Assembly (NCBI RefSeq): GCF_009834535.1
Contig: NC_045697.1
Location: 23,314,001-23,378,000 of the forward strand
Direction of reading: 5' to 3'
DNA length: 64,000 nucleotides
DNA from: Camelus ferus
Taxonomy: Eukaryota
The position numbers and the translations under genes are program-made. This document shows, piece after piece, positions 40,340-53,450 of this stretch. How positions within the stretch are numbered: position 1 is the first letter of the stretch; each line of letters begins with the position of its first letter. The notes under the pieces are model-generated. The model saw only the letters and a list, made by a program, of their open reading frames with translations, was not told the DNA's origin and made no database searches.

Positions 40340-40735
40340 CTGTGGCATATACAAACAGCCTTAAAAGGGATTTAGTTTTGACACATGATACAACATGGAT
40401 GAACCTTGGAGACATTATGTTAAATACAGTAAGCCAGACACAAAAGGACAAATGTTGCATGATTCCACTTATGTGAAGCACCAAGTGTAGTCCAAGTCAT
40501 AAAGAGAGCACATAGGATGGTGGTTTTCAGGGGATGGGAAGAAGTGATAATGGGGAATTATTATTTAATGGGTGCAGAGTTTCAGTTGGAGAAGGTAAAA
40601 AAGTTCTAGAGATGGATTGTGGTAATGGTTTCACAACAAGGTGAATGTACCTATTGCCAATAAACTGTATGCCTAAAAATGGTGAAAATGGTAAATTTTA
40701 TGTTAGGTATATTTTACCACAATAAGAATATTTTA
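40340..40735 (+). mobile_element. L1MB-like 3'UTR
   Basis: caacatggatgaaccttggagacattatg...tttaatgggtgcagagtttcagtt...gttctagagatgga...ttttaccacaat. Confidence 0.92.
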
Positions 40736-41174
40736 AATGCAAAATAAAAATATCTAGGTGTTTCTCTCTCCGTACCATATGGTTAACTAATTAAATGGCT
40801 GTATGAGCATTTGAGGGATATCTGGGAGAACGAGTGATGAATAATTCTACCATGACATTGCTGGGAATTTCTTCTAGGGGAGATCTGTTCTTGCTTTTAG
40901 TCAGTTGATTTTGAAAACACATCCTCAATTAGACTTTATTGTATACATGGAGTAATACCATTTTCCGCTGATCCTAAGGATGTCATTTTGTATTAACAAT
41001 CTTCAAGCCTCTCAATGACCAAAATTCCTGGCTGCCACTCCAACTTATATACTCATTATGATAATTGTAACCACTTGCCTTTGTTGGCTAAGAACTGCCA
41101 CCTGATGACTAACCTTCTAGGATTCTTATTTCACTGTTACGAAGGAGTCCACCATTCTAGTTCTTTTGCATGAG

Positions 41175-41265
41175 TTACTCACATAATCCTTGTGACACAT
41201 CAGTGAGGTAATGACTCTGCTCCCCAGTTTTACAGATGAAGACATTGAGGCACAGAGAGTTTGTG
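41175..41265 (-). mobile_element. MIR core
   Basis: ccccagttttacagatgaagacattgaggcacagagag. Confidence 0.8.
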
Positions 41266-41911
41266 TGCCTTTTGTATAATAAAGTAAGTTATTATTGGTC
41301 AAGAATACGTCCCTGACAAAAATAACCTAATAAATACTCATCAAGATAATTCTAAAGGAAAATTGAGAAATGTATGATATTTCAAGTGGAAGTTTCATTC
41401 TTATTTAAAAAGATGTAACCGATAGGGATCTATTTACATGATTTGTTACTTGACAGTCAAGATGAAATTTTCAAGTAAATACTTAGACTTAAAAGTTAAA
41501 AGTGATTTATTTCCATGAAACAAGCAAAAAATGCCAGAAGGTTATTTTGCTAGTTTAGTCTTTTAAAAGTTTTGTTTTACCAAGTAAAACCTTTTTACTT
41601 TCAAGTGACAACAGAATGCTAAAAGGCTTTAAAGTAATTGTGAAGAGCAAGAAAGCAACTCGCCCAATTTGACTCACAGGACTTTACTCAGTTATAATCT
41701 CATTTGTGGTTCACCTTGCTGTTCATCACTATACTTTTTACGGTCTGAAATCCCATAAAAAAGAACCTCAGACAATGAATAGAAGATTCGCTTAAGTACA
41801 AATGAATAAATGGTTATGATATAACCAGATATGAGACATGCTTATAGAAATGTCTTAGGAGTCAAACATAAAATAGGTCAAAGCAGCAGCTCCTTCCACG
41901 TAGCAAATCAG

Positions 41912-41955
<44 letters not shown>
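41912..41955 (+). repeat. (TG)n microsatellite
   Basis: Directly visible. Confidence 0.97.
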
Positions 41956-41960
<5 letters not shown>

Positions 41961-42859
41961 AATAATTATTTTTACAAACACTCTAAAAAAGTGTAACAGA
42001 TTTTTGCTGTCATATCATAGAAACATTACAAATATAAAAAGTGAAAACATCTATCTTGTGTGCATAGAAATGTTATGGTCAAAGAGCAAAATATAATGCA
42101 ATTTTATTTAATGAGACTTATAAGGAAAATTAATTTGGGATGTATCACAATCTAGTTACCTATACTCAGTTAAATTTTTGAGTAAGTGCTGTCAAATCTC
42201 TTAAAATGTATAGTATTTTGTATCTTGTTTATGGAATAGTCTTGTTTGTAAAGTTGAAAAAGAGAACAGAGTGCACCATCTTTAAATGCAAGTGAATTGT
42301 TTCATTTACATTTTTATATTGGGTATGTTTAAAAAAATCTATTTCCAGTAAACATTGACTTAGGGTATTGATTTAGAATCAAAAATTAAGTTCCTCTGAC
42401 TGAGCTGATGCATGCACAAAATAAAATGCTCTTTCACAGTTATAAAGTTCAGCTTGTGGATAAAGACTTTTTTCTTTATAAACCACAAATTTTTTATGCA
42501 GACTAGGTAAAGACAAAATATTGAATTGAATGGTCATTGATTTGGGATTTCTAAATATGTCCTAGATTACCATAAAAATTAAGATACTATATACAAATGC
42601 TTTGTCTATTGGAGATTGAGTAGGTATTTTAGGAAGACATAGACAGTAAATGGTAATTTAATCGACTCTCTGGAAATGTGCATGATCATGTAATAACTTT
42701 AAAATTTACAAAGTGGAAGACATATAATGATAAAAAATCAGAGATGGATATACTTTACGATCTACAAAAACGCTATTATATGTCTTACTTATCCTTATCC
42801 TTCTGACAGCTCCTGAGAATCAATACCCCAGGTTGTCTTAGGAGTAAGGGTCAAGCAGC

Positions 42860-43140
42860 TGAAGATATCTTCCAGGCAGAGTGCAACATGTCCCAGGCAC
42901 AAAGGGAAAATGAACAGAGCGGGTTTAGCAACTAGCTTGCAATGGCTAACTTGGAGGGTGCATGTTGTAAGAGGTAGTATTTAAGTCTGAAGAGATGCTC
43001 AGAAGATAAATTGTGAATGGCCTGATGATTCACATAAACAGATTTTTCATTTCCCTGAAGTCAATTAAATTCCTGAGATAATTATAAACTGGCACATGAT
43101 GTGATCCACACTGCTTTTCTAAATGAATATTTTGGCATGA
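42860..43140 (-). mobile_element. L2 fragment
   Basis: ttccaggcagagtgcaacatgt...catgatgtgatcc. Confidence 0.5.
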
Positions 43141-43157
43141 AGTAAGGGCGGGAGGCG

Positions 43158-43229
43158 GTATACCAAAAATTGATACAGCATTATAAACTGACAATACTTC
43201 AATAAAAAGAACAAATATAAAAAAAAAAA
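43158..43229 (+). mobile_element. Very short lineage-specific L1 3' tail
   Basis: gtataccaaaaattgatacagcattataaactgacaatacttcaataaaaa plus A tail; same type as 19808-19990. Confidence 0.75.
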
Positions 43230-43342
43230 CTGGAGTTATTAAAATAATTCAGAAGATGATTAAGATGATGATGATAGAAATGAAAAAAATAGTAAATATT
43301 GTATGGTCTTATATATGCAAGACCAAATTTTTAAGTATTTTA

Positions 43343-44248
43343 TTTTTTTCTTCCAGTTTTTCTTCCAGTTTTATTGAGATAGAATTGGCATAGAGCACCA
43401 CATAAGTTTAAGATGTACAGTATAAAGATTTGACATACATACAGCATGAAATGATTACCACAGCAAGTTTAGCGATCATTCATAATCTCATATAGATATA
43501 AAATAAAAAATTGAAAAAATATTTTCCTTGCAATGAGAACTCAGGATTTACTCCCTTAACTTTCATATGTAACATACAGCACTGTTAATTATATTTATCA
43601 TATTTTACATTGCATAGCTAGTACTTATTTATCTTATAACTTGAAGTTTGTATCTTTTGACTACCTTCATCCAATTTCCCCTCCTCCAAACCCCCACAGC
43701 TGGTATCCACAAATTCGGTCTTTTTTTCCTATGTTTTCTTTTTATATGTTTCTTTTTGAAATATAATTGACTTTTAATACTATATTAGTTCCTGGTGTAC
43801 ATGTAGTGATTGTATATTTCTATACGTTACAAACTAATCACCATGATAACTCTAGTTACCATCTGTCACCATATAATTATTATTATCCAAGTACATTATT
43901 ATTTTTTGACTATATTCCCCACACTGTACATTTCATACCAATGACTCATTTATTTTGTAACTAGAAGTGTCTACCTTTTAATCTCCCTCACCTAATTCTC
44001 TCACTGCCCCACCACTCTCCACCCCTCTGGCATCCATCCACCTGTTTGCTCTCTGTATCTATGACTCTCTGTTTTGCTGTGTTTGTTACTTGTCTTAGTG
44101 TTTTAGATTCTGCTTATTAGTTAAATCATACAGTATTTGTCTTTCTCTGCCTGACTTATTTCACTTAGTATAATACCCTCTAGGTCCATCCATGTTGTCA
44201 CAAATGTCAAGGTTTCATTCTTTTTTATGACTAATATTCCATTGACTT
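43343..44248 (-). mobile_element. L1 3' end with two successive 3'-terminal modules
   Basis: ttccagttttattgagat...catgaaatgattaccaca; second terminus tttttgaaatataattgac at ~43753; cttagtataataccctctaggtccatccatgttg. Confidence 0.85.
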
Positions 44249-44549
44249 TATAGCATACCAGCTTAGCCATCCTCATGATTTGAGTTTCTGGTTCTTTCTG
44301 TCACACGTGTACTTTAATCTCTCAACAATTCATTTCCCCAGACACATGAAGAGAGAGATGTATCCAGTGATGTGCCTTGAAGGCTTATCTCATTCCAAAA
44401 CAGAGACCATGTGGCATCCTGCTCTCCACCCCCTGCTGTTTTCTTCCTCTCCTTCGGGAGACGGAGCCCTTTCTTCTTTAATGAGCAACATATTCCTCCT
44501 TCCCTCTCTGTATCCATGATTAGCTAATACCATGTTCTTACCTGAAGAA

Positions 44550-45825
44550 AAAGAAAGAGGAAATCATCTTCAATGAACGGTGTTAGAAAAACTGGACAGC
44601 CACATGCAAAACAATGAAACTGGACCTCTATCTTACACCATACTCAAAAATGCACTCAAAATGGACTAAAGACTTGAACATAAGGCCTTAATTTCTAAAT
44701 TTCCTGGAAAAAAGTAGGTAGTAGGCTCCTTGACACTGGTCTTGGCAATGATTTTGCAGAATTGATACCTAACAGCAGACAAAACAAAGCAAAAATCAAT
44801 AAATGAGACTGCATCAAATTAAAAAGATTCTGCTTAGCAGGATAAATCATCAACAAAGTTAAAAGGCAACCTATGAAATGGGAGAAAAATTTTGCATGGT
44901 ATACATCTGACATGGGGTTAATATCCAAAATATATCAAAAATTCATTGAAGTCAATAGCAAAACAACAACAACAACAACAACCTGATTTTAAAAATGGGC
45001 AGAGGATCTGAATATACAAAGTAGATGCCCAACAGGTACATGAAAACATCCTCAACATTATTAATTATTATGGAAATGCAAATCACAGCCACAAGAGATA
45101 TTACCTCACACCTGTTAGAATGGCTATTATCGAAAGATAAGAAATGACAAGTGTTGGTGAGAATATAGAGAAAAGGGTACCATTGTGCACTCTTGGTGGG
45201 AATATAAATTAATGCAGCCACTGTGGAAAACAGTATGGAGGTTCCCCCCAAAACTAAAACTATCATATAACCTAGCAATTCCACTCCTGGGCATTTATCT
45301 GAAGGAAACAAAAATACTAACAGGAAAAAATGCACTCCCATGTTCATTGCAGCCTTATTTACAATAGCCAAGACATAGAAAGAACCTAAACGTCCAACAA
45401 TGGATAAATGGATAAAGAAGATGTGGTATACAGATTCAAAGGAATTTTATTTATCTGTAAAAAAGAATGAAATCTTGCCATTCCCAACAACCTGGATGGA
45501 TCTTGAGGGCACTATGCTAAATGAAAGAAGTCAGACAGAGAAAGACAAATATTGTATGATCTCTAAAGCCAAAACAAAAAAACATAAATCAGGAGCTTTA
45601 TAGATACAGAGAACAGATTGGTGATTGCCAGAGGTATGGGGTAGGGAGTAGGTGAAGTGGGTAAAGGGGTCAAAAGGTACAAATTTCCAATTATACAACA
45701 GAATTAGTCATGGGGGTTTAAAGTACAGCATGGTGACTATAATGAATAATACTGTATTGCCTATTTGAAAGTTGCTAAGAATGTAAATCTTTAAGTTCTT
45801 ATTATAAGAAAAATATTCATAAAAA
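44550..45825 (+). mobile_element. L1MA9-like ORF2 3' end and 3'UTR
   Basis: aaaactggacagccacatgcaaaa; cctcacacctgttagaatggctattat; gtacagcatggtgactata...gttgctaaga. Confidence 0.93.
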
Positions 45826-46514
45826 TGACGTTATTCTATAGATGGGTTTATAACAAAGCAGGGGTGGGGCATGCTTGTTATTATACTACTAATTGTTCCT
45901 ATATATCCTCCTTGTGTACTCAACAGATTATAAAATGATGCAGATTCATCATTTGGAATTAAACATTGTTTGTGTTACCATCCCCAAAAGAGAGAAAAAG
46001 GAAAAAGATAGAAAGAGGAAGCATTGCTTGTAGGGCTGCTTGTTTTTCCAAAGAATAATCACCTTGTTGATTTGGGGTGGGGGGTGGCTGTCTTTTATAC
46101 TGGCCTCATCTAGGAAGATTTGGATAGGATAATATGAGGAGCCAGAATAGAAGCCATAAGGAAATCTTTCCTGGATACCCAGTGTTTGGAGGTTGAACGT
46201 TTCTTAGAGTGATGCTGAAGGCTAGAGTCAGTTCTTGTACCAGGCCTGTGCTGGTATATTCCTTGATCCTTTTAATACTGTATCATAATATGTCCTTTCT
46301 TTCTGCTAGGCATCTGCTTTATGTGTTGTAATTTCAGAGAAAATGGAAGGAAAACAAATACTGGGGGATCAACATATTTGCTTTATTTATTTGAATGATA
46401 CCATTTCCTCCTTGTCCAAGGCCAATTATGAATAAGCAGTATCTAATTCAGTCTCTAGAGGAGTTCTAATTCAGTCTTACACTGAGGGTATTGAAAAGAA
46501 ATATCATATGGACC

Positions 46515-46790
46515 AACAATCTAAGCCACATATATAACTTAAAATTTTACTGTATTTGCGTTTTTAAAAAAAGATGAAGAGTTTAATGATTTGTTTTAAC
46601 CTAGCATTTCTAAAATACGATCATGTCAATACATAACCAGTAAAAAGGAACAAGATATTTTACACTGGTTTTTTTTGCTGAGTTTTCAAAACCACAGGTA
46701 TCATACACATTAAGCACACCTCAATTCGGACAAAACACATTTCAAGCGCTCAACAGCCAGATGTGGTTTGTGGCTACCATCACAGGCATC
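46515..46790. mobile_element. MER33-like hAT-Charlie element
   Basis: agccacatatataacttaaaatttt...agcacacctcaattcggac...cacatttcaagcgctcaacagcc. Confidence 0.75.
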
Positions 46791-46999
46791 ACAGGAATGG
46801 TCCATTCATTTCCCAGCTTTATGTACATGGAGATGGGGGCTCCTAACTGTCCCGTGTGGTAGTGGGTCCTAGGCTATATCCCCTGCATTATTGCCTCAAA
46901 TGAATTAAAAAATTGAAATTAATTTCATGCAAATGTTATCTGGGCAGAAGCCATCTTAAGTATTCAGTTTTCATCCATGAGTTGTCATATTCACTTGTT

Positions 47000-47340
47000 T
47001 TTTCTTTCCAATTTTTGATTTTTATTGTAATGTGTGAACTTTCCCTAAAAGAAAATATACGTACAGAAAAGTGAACTAACCCAAAGTGCACAAACCAAAG
47101 AATGGTCGCAAAGGAAACACACCTGTGTACCCAGTCCATAGCTCAAAAAAATCACCCAGTATCAGCATACAAGAAATCACTCTTGGGTCACTTCCCAGAT
47201 CACAGTTTTTCTCCAAAATTAATCACTAGCCTGGCTTTTAACACCAAGTATTTGCCTGCTTGTCAACTTTACGTATATGGAGTTATACAGTAGGCACTCC
47301 TTTGTTTCTGCTTTTTTTTCCATTCACCATTTATGTTGGT
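47000..47340 (-). mobile_element. L1ME-like 3' end
   Basis: atatacgtacagaaaagtgaac...acacacctgtgtaccca...atatggagttatacagtag. Confidence 0.65.
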
Positions 47341-47399
47341 TTTATTTGGTTCTTGATTTCTATGAATACTTTTCTAAGTTGCCAGGCATTGATACATTT

Positions 47400-47980
47400 T
47401 GAAAATGAGCAGAGCAGCTTCTGACAGCCAAGACTGGCCCAGCACAGTCAGGGGTTGCTAGGAGCTAACTGGTCACTCACAGCCAGGGCAGGGTGTTCTG
47501 CTGTGGAACATGAGCAGTTTCACAGAACACCTTTAGACAGGCGCTCTCCATGATCAAAATGGATCCCCAGGAAAACATGTCCATTCTGTAATAATTTATG
47601 AACTCAAAAAAACCCCAAAAAAACAAAAACATAATATATACCAAACCACAAAAATGATCAAAATCAAATTTCTCTCTGTTCTGGCTAACATAAGAAACTT
47701 GCTGCTTCTTTCCAAATTATAGCTCTAGACTTGCCTCATTCCTCCCACCTACTAGATAAGATCTATTAAGATGCCAAATCATAAAATTATCTTCATATTC
47801 TGACAGCATACAGTTTAGAGCAAAGCCTACTTCCTTGATTCCTCCCCTAAACCACATTCAAAAGTCAAATCCTGTAAGTACTTCTGTCGCCCCATTACTG
47901 AGATGCTTTAGCTTTCCATGATGTGCTTTCTCTTCTGCTACAAGTAGAAAGCAAAACAACACAATTTTGTTCAACTACAG
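47400..47980 (+). mobile_element. MER89/MER90-like ERV1 LTR, 3' end truncated
   Basis: cagtttcacagaaca...ccaaaccacaaaaatga...tagataagatctattaagat...tgacagcatacagtttagagcaaagcc...tgttcaactacag. Confidence 0.75.
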
Positions 47981-50054
47981 ACCATATGAGTAAACTGACA
48001 ATTGAAAAATTTTGAAATAGAAAAATGTTAAAATATTAAAAATATAATAAATAAATGAATGTGTGAAATGCAGTCATTTGATTGTTACCAAATACTTAGG
48101 ATGCTATGGCCTTCTACCTTATTCTAAAGCTCTTTATGAATGTCTCATCTTCTTGAATAAAATTTAGTCTTTCAGAAAATTTTAAAAGTGTACATCACTT
48201 TTTGCATCTTCCATTTATATGCTTGTAGATTGTTTTCATTTAGTCATCAAAATCATTACATGCTTTTATGTTTAGGGCTATCATACAATCAATATTTGAT
48301 GAAAAAATGAAAGAAGTCATGAGAAAACTACTGCTTAGATTATTAGTGAGAGATGAGCTCCATGATTCGTCTTCTTTTGCTTAATTTCTCCAGACACCAA
48401 TGACACGTACAATAGGTGATAGGATAGTGACCTGGAAAGAATATTTTTCTTTGCGCAAAAACCACTGTCATACGTCATATTCAAACCCTTAAACTTTGAC
48501 ATAATTAAAGCCTTTTTAACCAATTTTACCAAAACGATCTGATTTAGATGATCTATTTTTAAAAGGATGTCACCCATGTATTTATATTTGGGAAGCCATG
48601 GGCTCTAAATCTCTCTCCTTCTTCACTTGGAAGATGTGCATAGTGACTGTCATCTACTCCACAATTACAGCTCCTGTATGATTTGCTAGTCAGTAGTGTG
48701 AGAAGATCTGTACCCAGACTTGGAACAAATGGATTGTGTGATGAGAGTCCTGGGGAACATTTATGATGCTTGTGCTATTCCAACTGCTGTTCTGGGTTTT
48801 CTTTTTCCTGTTTCGAAGACTGGCTGTGACAGTGGCAGAGACAGTCAGTGATTTAAGAGCGAAGGAGAGTGCTGCTGTTATAGCTGTGGTGTCTGTGATG
48901 AATGGAGGCAGAGCAAGCAAGAAGGAAAGAAGATGTGAAATAAGGGAAGTGGGATAGAAAATGACAGATTTAAAGCCATTCTCTAAAACATCTGCCAGTT
49001 TATCCTGTGAGGTAAAATACACAATTTTAATTTTGAGAGATTTTATGGAATGTCATGCTAAATTTGTTTGAATCGTGGTTTTAAAGGTAAATCATTATCT
49101 ATTTAACAATTACACTAGCCTGAGAGGAGATTCTATTTATTCTTTGTTCTTGGACTTCTTAAAATTTTGATTTTTGCTGAAATAATGCACAAAATACTGT
49201 TTTTAACAAAACATAGTTGAGATATTTAAAAACATTGTAAATATTTGCTTTATTGCTCAGGTCAATAATATTTTTGAACCACATTTTGCTTTCATTTGGA
49301 AGAACTTAATAAAATGTTGATATGACCACTGTGACTTATCTAAAATTTGATTATGTAAACAATGTACAAAGCATATTCTATATAATCTCTGCAATGGTGG
49401 CTGCTGTAAGAAACAAACAAAAAGGTGGATACAATAAACTTTTACTCCATTAAAACTTTTAAATATTGGATCAAATCTAACATTTGAATACACACAAAAC
49501 AATTGATGAACAAAGTCAGTATACAACTTAGGCCAATAGGAAACATCCTTTGGGGATTTTGGTACAATCAGGAAAAGAAAGAGCAGAGTTAAGCAGCTTT
49601 ATCATGAATGGTAAAACACATGGATCATCCAGTGGGCCAAGAGGGTAATTAATTAGAAGGATTCCACTTTTTACTCTAAGCTGTGTTTACCTAGAATTTC
49701 GTCATCTCACAGCATCTCTGTAGAGTTGGTGGAACGAATTTCAGAGGATGCAGTTTGCATAAGACATGAAGAACTCCCTAAGAAGAAACTCATTCTAGGA
49801 AGAAGACCACAAGACACCTATGCCTGTTCTCAAAGCACTACTGCAGAATGGGGGAAGAGAGACAATTATGAATATGGCTAACCTCTTGCCAAGACATCAT
49901 GGGTTTATACTTGTTAGTTGAAAGGAGAAGATATCTCCCTGGAAAAAATAAAGTCTATCATCACAAAAAAATCTCTGGGGTGCCACAGCATGAATCACTC
50001 CAAAAGCTATGTGTAGGCGACCCTCTCTTGCTCCATCACAGAATATAGAGCATT

Positions 50055-50262
50055 AACAAACTACGCAAACTTAGGCAAAATAGTTGAGCTTTAAGAACCT
50101 CAGTTCCCACATGTAAAAAAATAAAAGTAACAAATGATAATAATAACAGTGATAGCAATAATAGCATCAATTTCATGTTGTTGCTGGGAGATTAAATGTT
50201 TAATATTTATAAAGAACTTGGAAGAGTGTTTCACATTTATTAACTATTCACTAAATGCTAAC
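50055..50262 (+). mobile_element. MIR SINE
   Basis: cctcagttcccacatgtaaaa...gttgttgctgggagattaaatg...taaagaacttggaagagtg. Confidence 0.7.
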
Positions 50263-51097
50263 TCCATTGATGTGCACTTGGAGCTGTTTGATATATATTT
50301 CCTGCTTTATTTAATTTGATGACAGAGAAATTTTCAATGTAGCCCTATAACTTAAAATCATTTAAAACTAAAATTTACCCACAAGCAATATCTATATTTT
50401 AGTTTACTTAATGAATATATCTTAAAAACAAATCTAATTAAAAAATAAAATATTTATACATAATTTTGAAGTTCAGTAATAGTACTAATGAATCTCGACT
50501 CTGAAATTACAAAATGTCAAAACTTTTCATATATTATTTATTTAACATATCAACATAAAATACATAAAATACAGTAGAAATAACAAAACTTCAATAAACC
50601 TCTACATGAGTTTTAAAATCCAAAGCTATGTGGTTTGGTTTGGAAAATAAAATCTCCATTATTCCAGGATTTTAGCCTAGAAAAAAAATCTTGTGGATTT
50701 CAATGATCTACAAAAAAGATTATTCAGATATTCATGGATTCATTCAGGACATGCCAGAAAATCAAGAAGATAATTCTGTATTTGATCATTTTTGCTATAC
50801 ATACGTATATATTGAAGTAATGCATAACCGCTGGATAATATTTGTATTAAAGCAAAAAGTAAAGCAAGTAAGATTTCCTTTTTAAAATAACTCATTTAAA
50901 TAAAGACTATATAAGGTTAATGTTATCAATGTAGAGATCCATATTAGATTTTATTTTTAAAACATTGGTATTTAAGTACTTATTATTTCAATCAATTATA
51001 TACTTTGACTCCTGTAGGCAAGCCACGCTGGAAGGTGAACTGGGAGTATATAAAGATTATTAATAGCTTTAAAATTTAGAATAGACTAGGAGAAAGT

Positions 51098-51505
51098 TAC
51101 TATAGGCTGAATTATATCCCTTTAAAATTAATATGTTGAAGCTCTAGTCCCTAGTATCTCAGAATATGTATTTGGAGATAAGGTCTTTTAAAGAGGTAGT
51201 TAAGTTAAAAAATGAAGCCATTAGAATGGACCTCAATACAATCTGACCAGTGTCCTTATAAGAATAGGAACTTTGGATACACAAAAAAGATACCAGAAAT
51301 AGGTTTGCACATACAAAAGACCAGGTAAAGACACAGGGTAAGGAGGCCTTCTGCAAGCCAAGAAGAGATGCTGCAAAAGAACCCAAACCTGCCAACACCT
51401 TGATCTTGGACTTCCAGCCTTCAAAATTTGGGGAAAATAAATTTCTGTTGTTTAAGTAAGCTAATCCTTGATATTTTGTTACAGAAGCCCTCACAAACTA
51501 ATACA
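51098..51505 (+). mobile_element. MLT1B MaLR LTR
   Basis: tatttggagataaggtctttaaagaggta...cctgccaacaccttgatcttggacttccagcct...aaactaataca. Confidence 0.92.
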
Positions 51506-51589
51506 AAACCATGCACTCTCTAAAATAATCGGGGGACTAGAATCAATAGACTTTTTTCACCTCTGAGTTCTCATCAGAAACTATAGTTC

Positions 51590-53450
51590 ATGTTTGTAAA
51601 ACATCTTATAATATGTTGCATCTTCAGTGTTATAATTGTTTAATTGATCTATCTTTCCAAGTAGACTATAGACCACTCAAGACAAAAAAAATATGTATTA
51701 CTCATTTATGTACTTGTTATGTATAGCATAGATTTATGCCCTTTTGTAGGAGATGAACAACTGCCTGTTAACTGAATGTTTGATTTGGCTACCAGGGGAA
51801 ACTCTAAAAGAGGGAATTATATAGATGCATTTAGGTCATAATGTGTCATCATTAAGATGTTAATGAAAGCAAAGAGAACACCAAAAGAGGACTGATTTGG
51901 CGTGAATTCAGTGAACTGGGTTTGGGCATAGTGTATGAGTTGCTGGTGTGCAACTTTGTTAGAAATTACTTAATGCAAGAAATGTGGGATGAGTCAAGAG
52001 AATAGGATCTGTAAAAATGAGAGTCACCAAGATATACAGAAATAATGAAACCATGTAAATAGATGATATTTTACATGAAAAAACCTTGATAATCCTGTGT
52101 ATTAAAAAGTTAGGTATAAGAGAAAGTACCAGTGAAGAAGTTGAAAAGGAACACAAAGGAAAGAGCTAGACAGAAAAATCAGTCCCATAAAGGAAAAACA
52201 TTTAAGGAACAGATAACCAAACTTGTCAAATACTAAATAGAAAGTAAAGGAGACAAGGACTGAAATAATAGTAATTATGAAGTGAAACAGTACTACCAAT
52301 ACTAAACTTAGTAGTGAGAGAGATAAAAAGTCAACAAACAAAAGGAGAAAGAGTACACGTGCCAGATGCTTCTATTGTTCATTGATAGACAGTTCTCTTT
52401 TTAAAGGCACACAGAAGTCAACTCTTCCCTATGACTTATAGACAGTTAAGATCAGGTGACAAATGTTGACTAAAAACATGTGACAAAAAATAAAATATTA
52501 CACCTTGACTAACATATTTAATTACCACAGAAAGCCACTTTGTATCTTCTCCTACAAAACAGACAGCCACATAATCCAAAGAGTGCAGCTATACCAGGAA
52601 GGTCTGTGAGTGACTTTGTGGAGTGGGATTCTACTAGCCTTACTGATACAATGAGCCATGAAGAAATTTAAACAGATTAAACTAGGCTAATCCTTAGGTG
52701 TTTTCTGAAGGAAGGCTAATAAAAAGACGAATGGCAGTTTGAGAGGTAAACAAAATGAAGGCAATGGTTTGAGTTGAGTGACATAATATTTTTGCAGCTA
52801 AGGAAAATGGATAAGTGAATCAAGGGACTGAAAACATAGAAGAAGTATAATAAACGGAAGGCATATAAAGAGAACATAAGTCAAAATCCTCTGCTTCTTG
52901 GGAAATTCTACAGACAAAACTCATGGCTGGGTTTACCACAGGCTTATGGATATGGAGTAAGTACCAAAGGTTAGCCGAGAGGCGAAACCACGCAGAGAAA
53001 GAGTGAGGAATGGAGATACAGCTGAAATTGTATCTGTTGCACCCAGGATGGGTAGCAAGATGAATGCATGCTGACATGGATGATCGAGGGGCAATTATTG
53101 AAACATTGAGAATGTCTAAACAGAATTAACCATTCTTACTGTTAAACTTGAACAAAGTTTACAGGTATACCAGAGGAGAACTGGCTAATTTCATCTGAAG
53201 AATATCAGGGAAGGATGAAGACAGGAGATAATATACTTACAAAATGAGTGCTTTTGGAAGATAAACAGAGTTTGGTTGGGAGATGAATTAGGGGAAGCCA
53301 TTTCAAGTAGAGAGAACTAATTTGGAAGTAATATATAATCAGATGCTTCAGAAATACAAGCAATGTAGAATAATAGAGCAATGAGATACTAAGAAAAATT
53401 AGGCACTTTCTAAATCTCTTGTTATTTTCCTTGCTTAGGATTTGGGCTTC
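51590..53450. mobile_element. Cluster of degraded L2 fragments (both strands) with a possible MLT1 remnant
   Basis: L2 3' end at ~51600-51790; purine-rich L2 reverse-strand motifs (aagccatttcaagtagagagaac) further on. Confidence 0.4.

Noticed and set aside
39984..40484. Longest ORF (166 aa, minus)
   Set aside because: Starts in antisense L1MB 3'UTR and ends in MER3; chance open frame
46442..46477. 13-bp direct repeat tctaattcagtct with 10-bp spacer
   Set aside because: Only two units; a micro-duplication, not a CRISPR-like array
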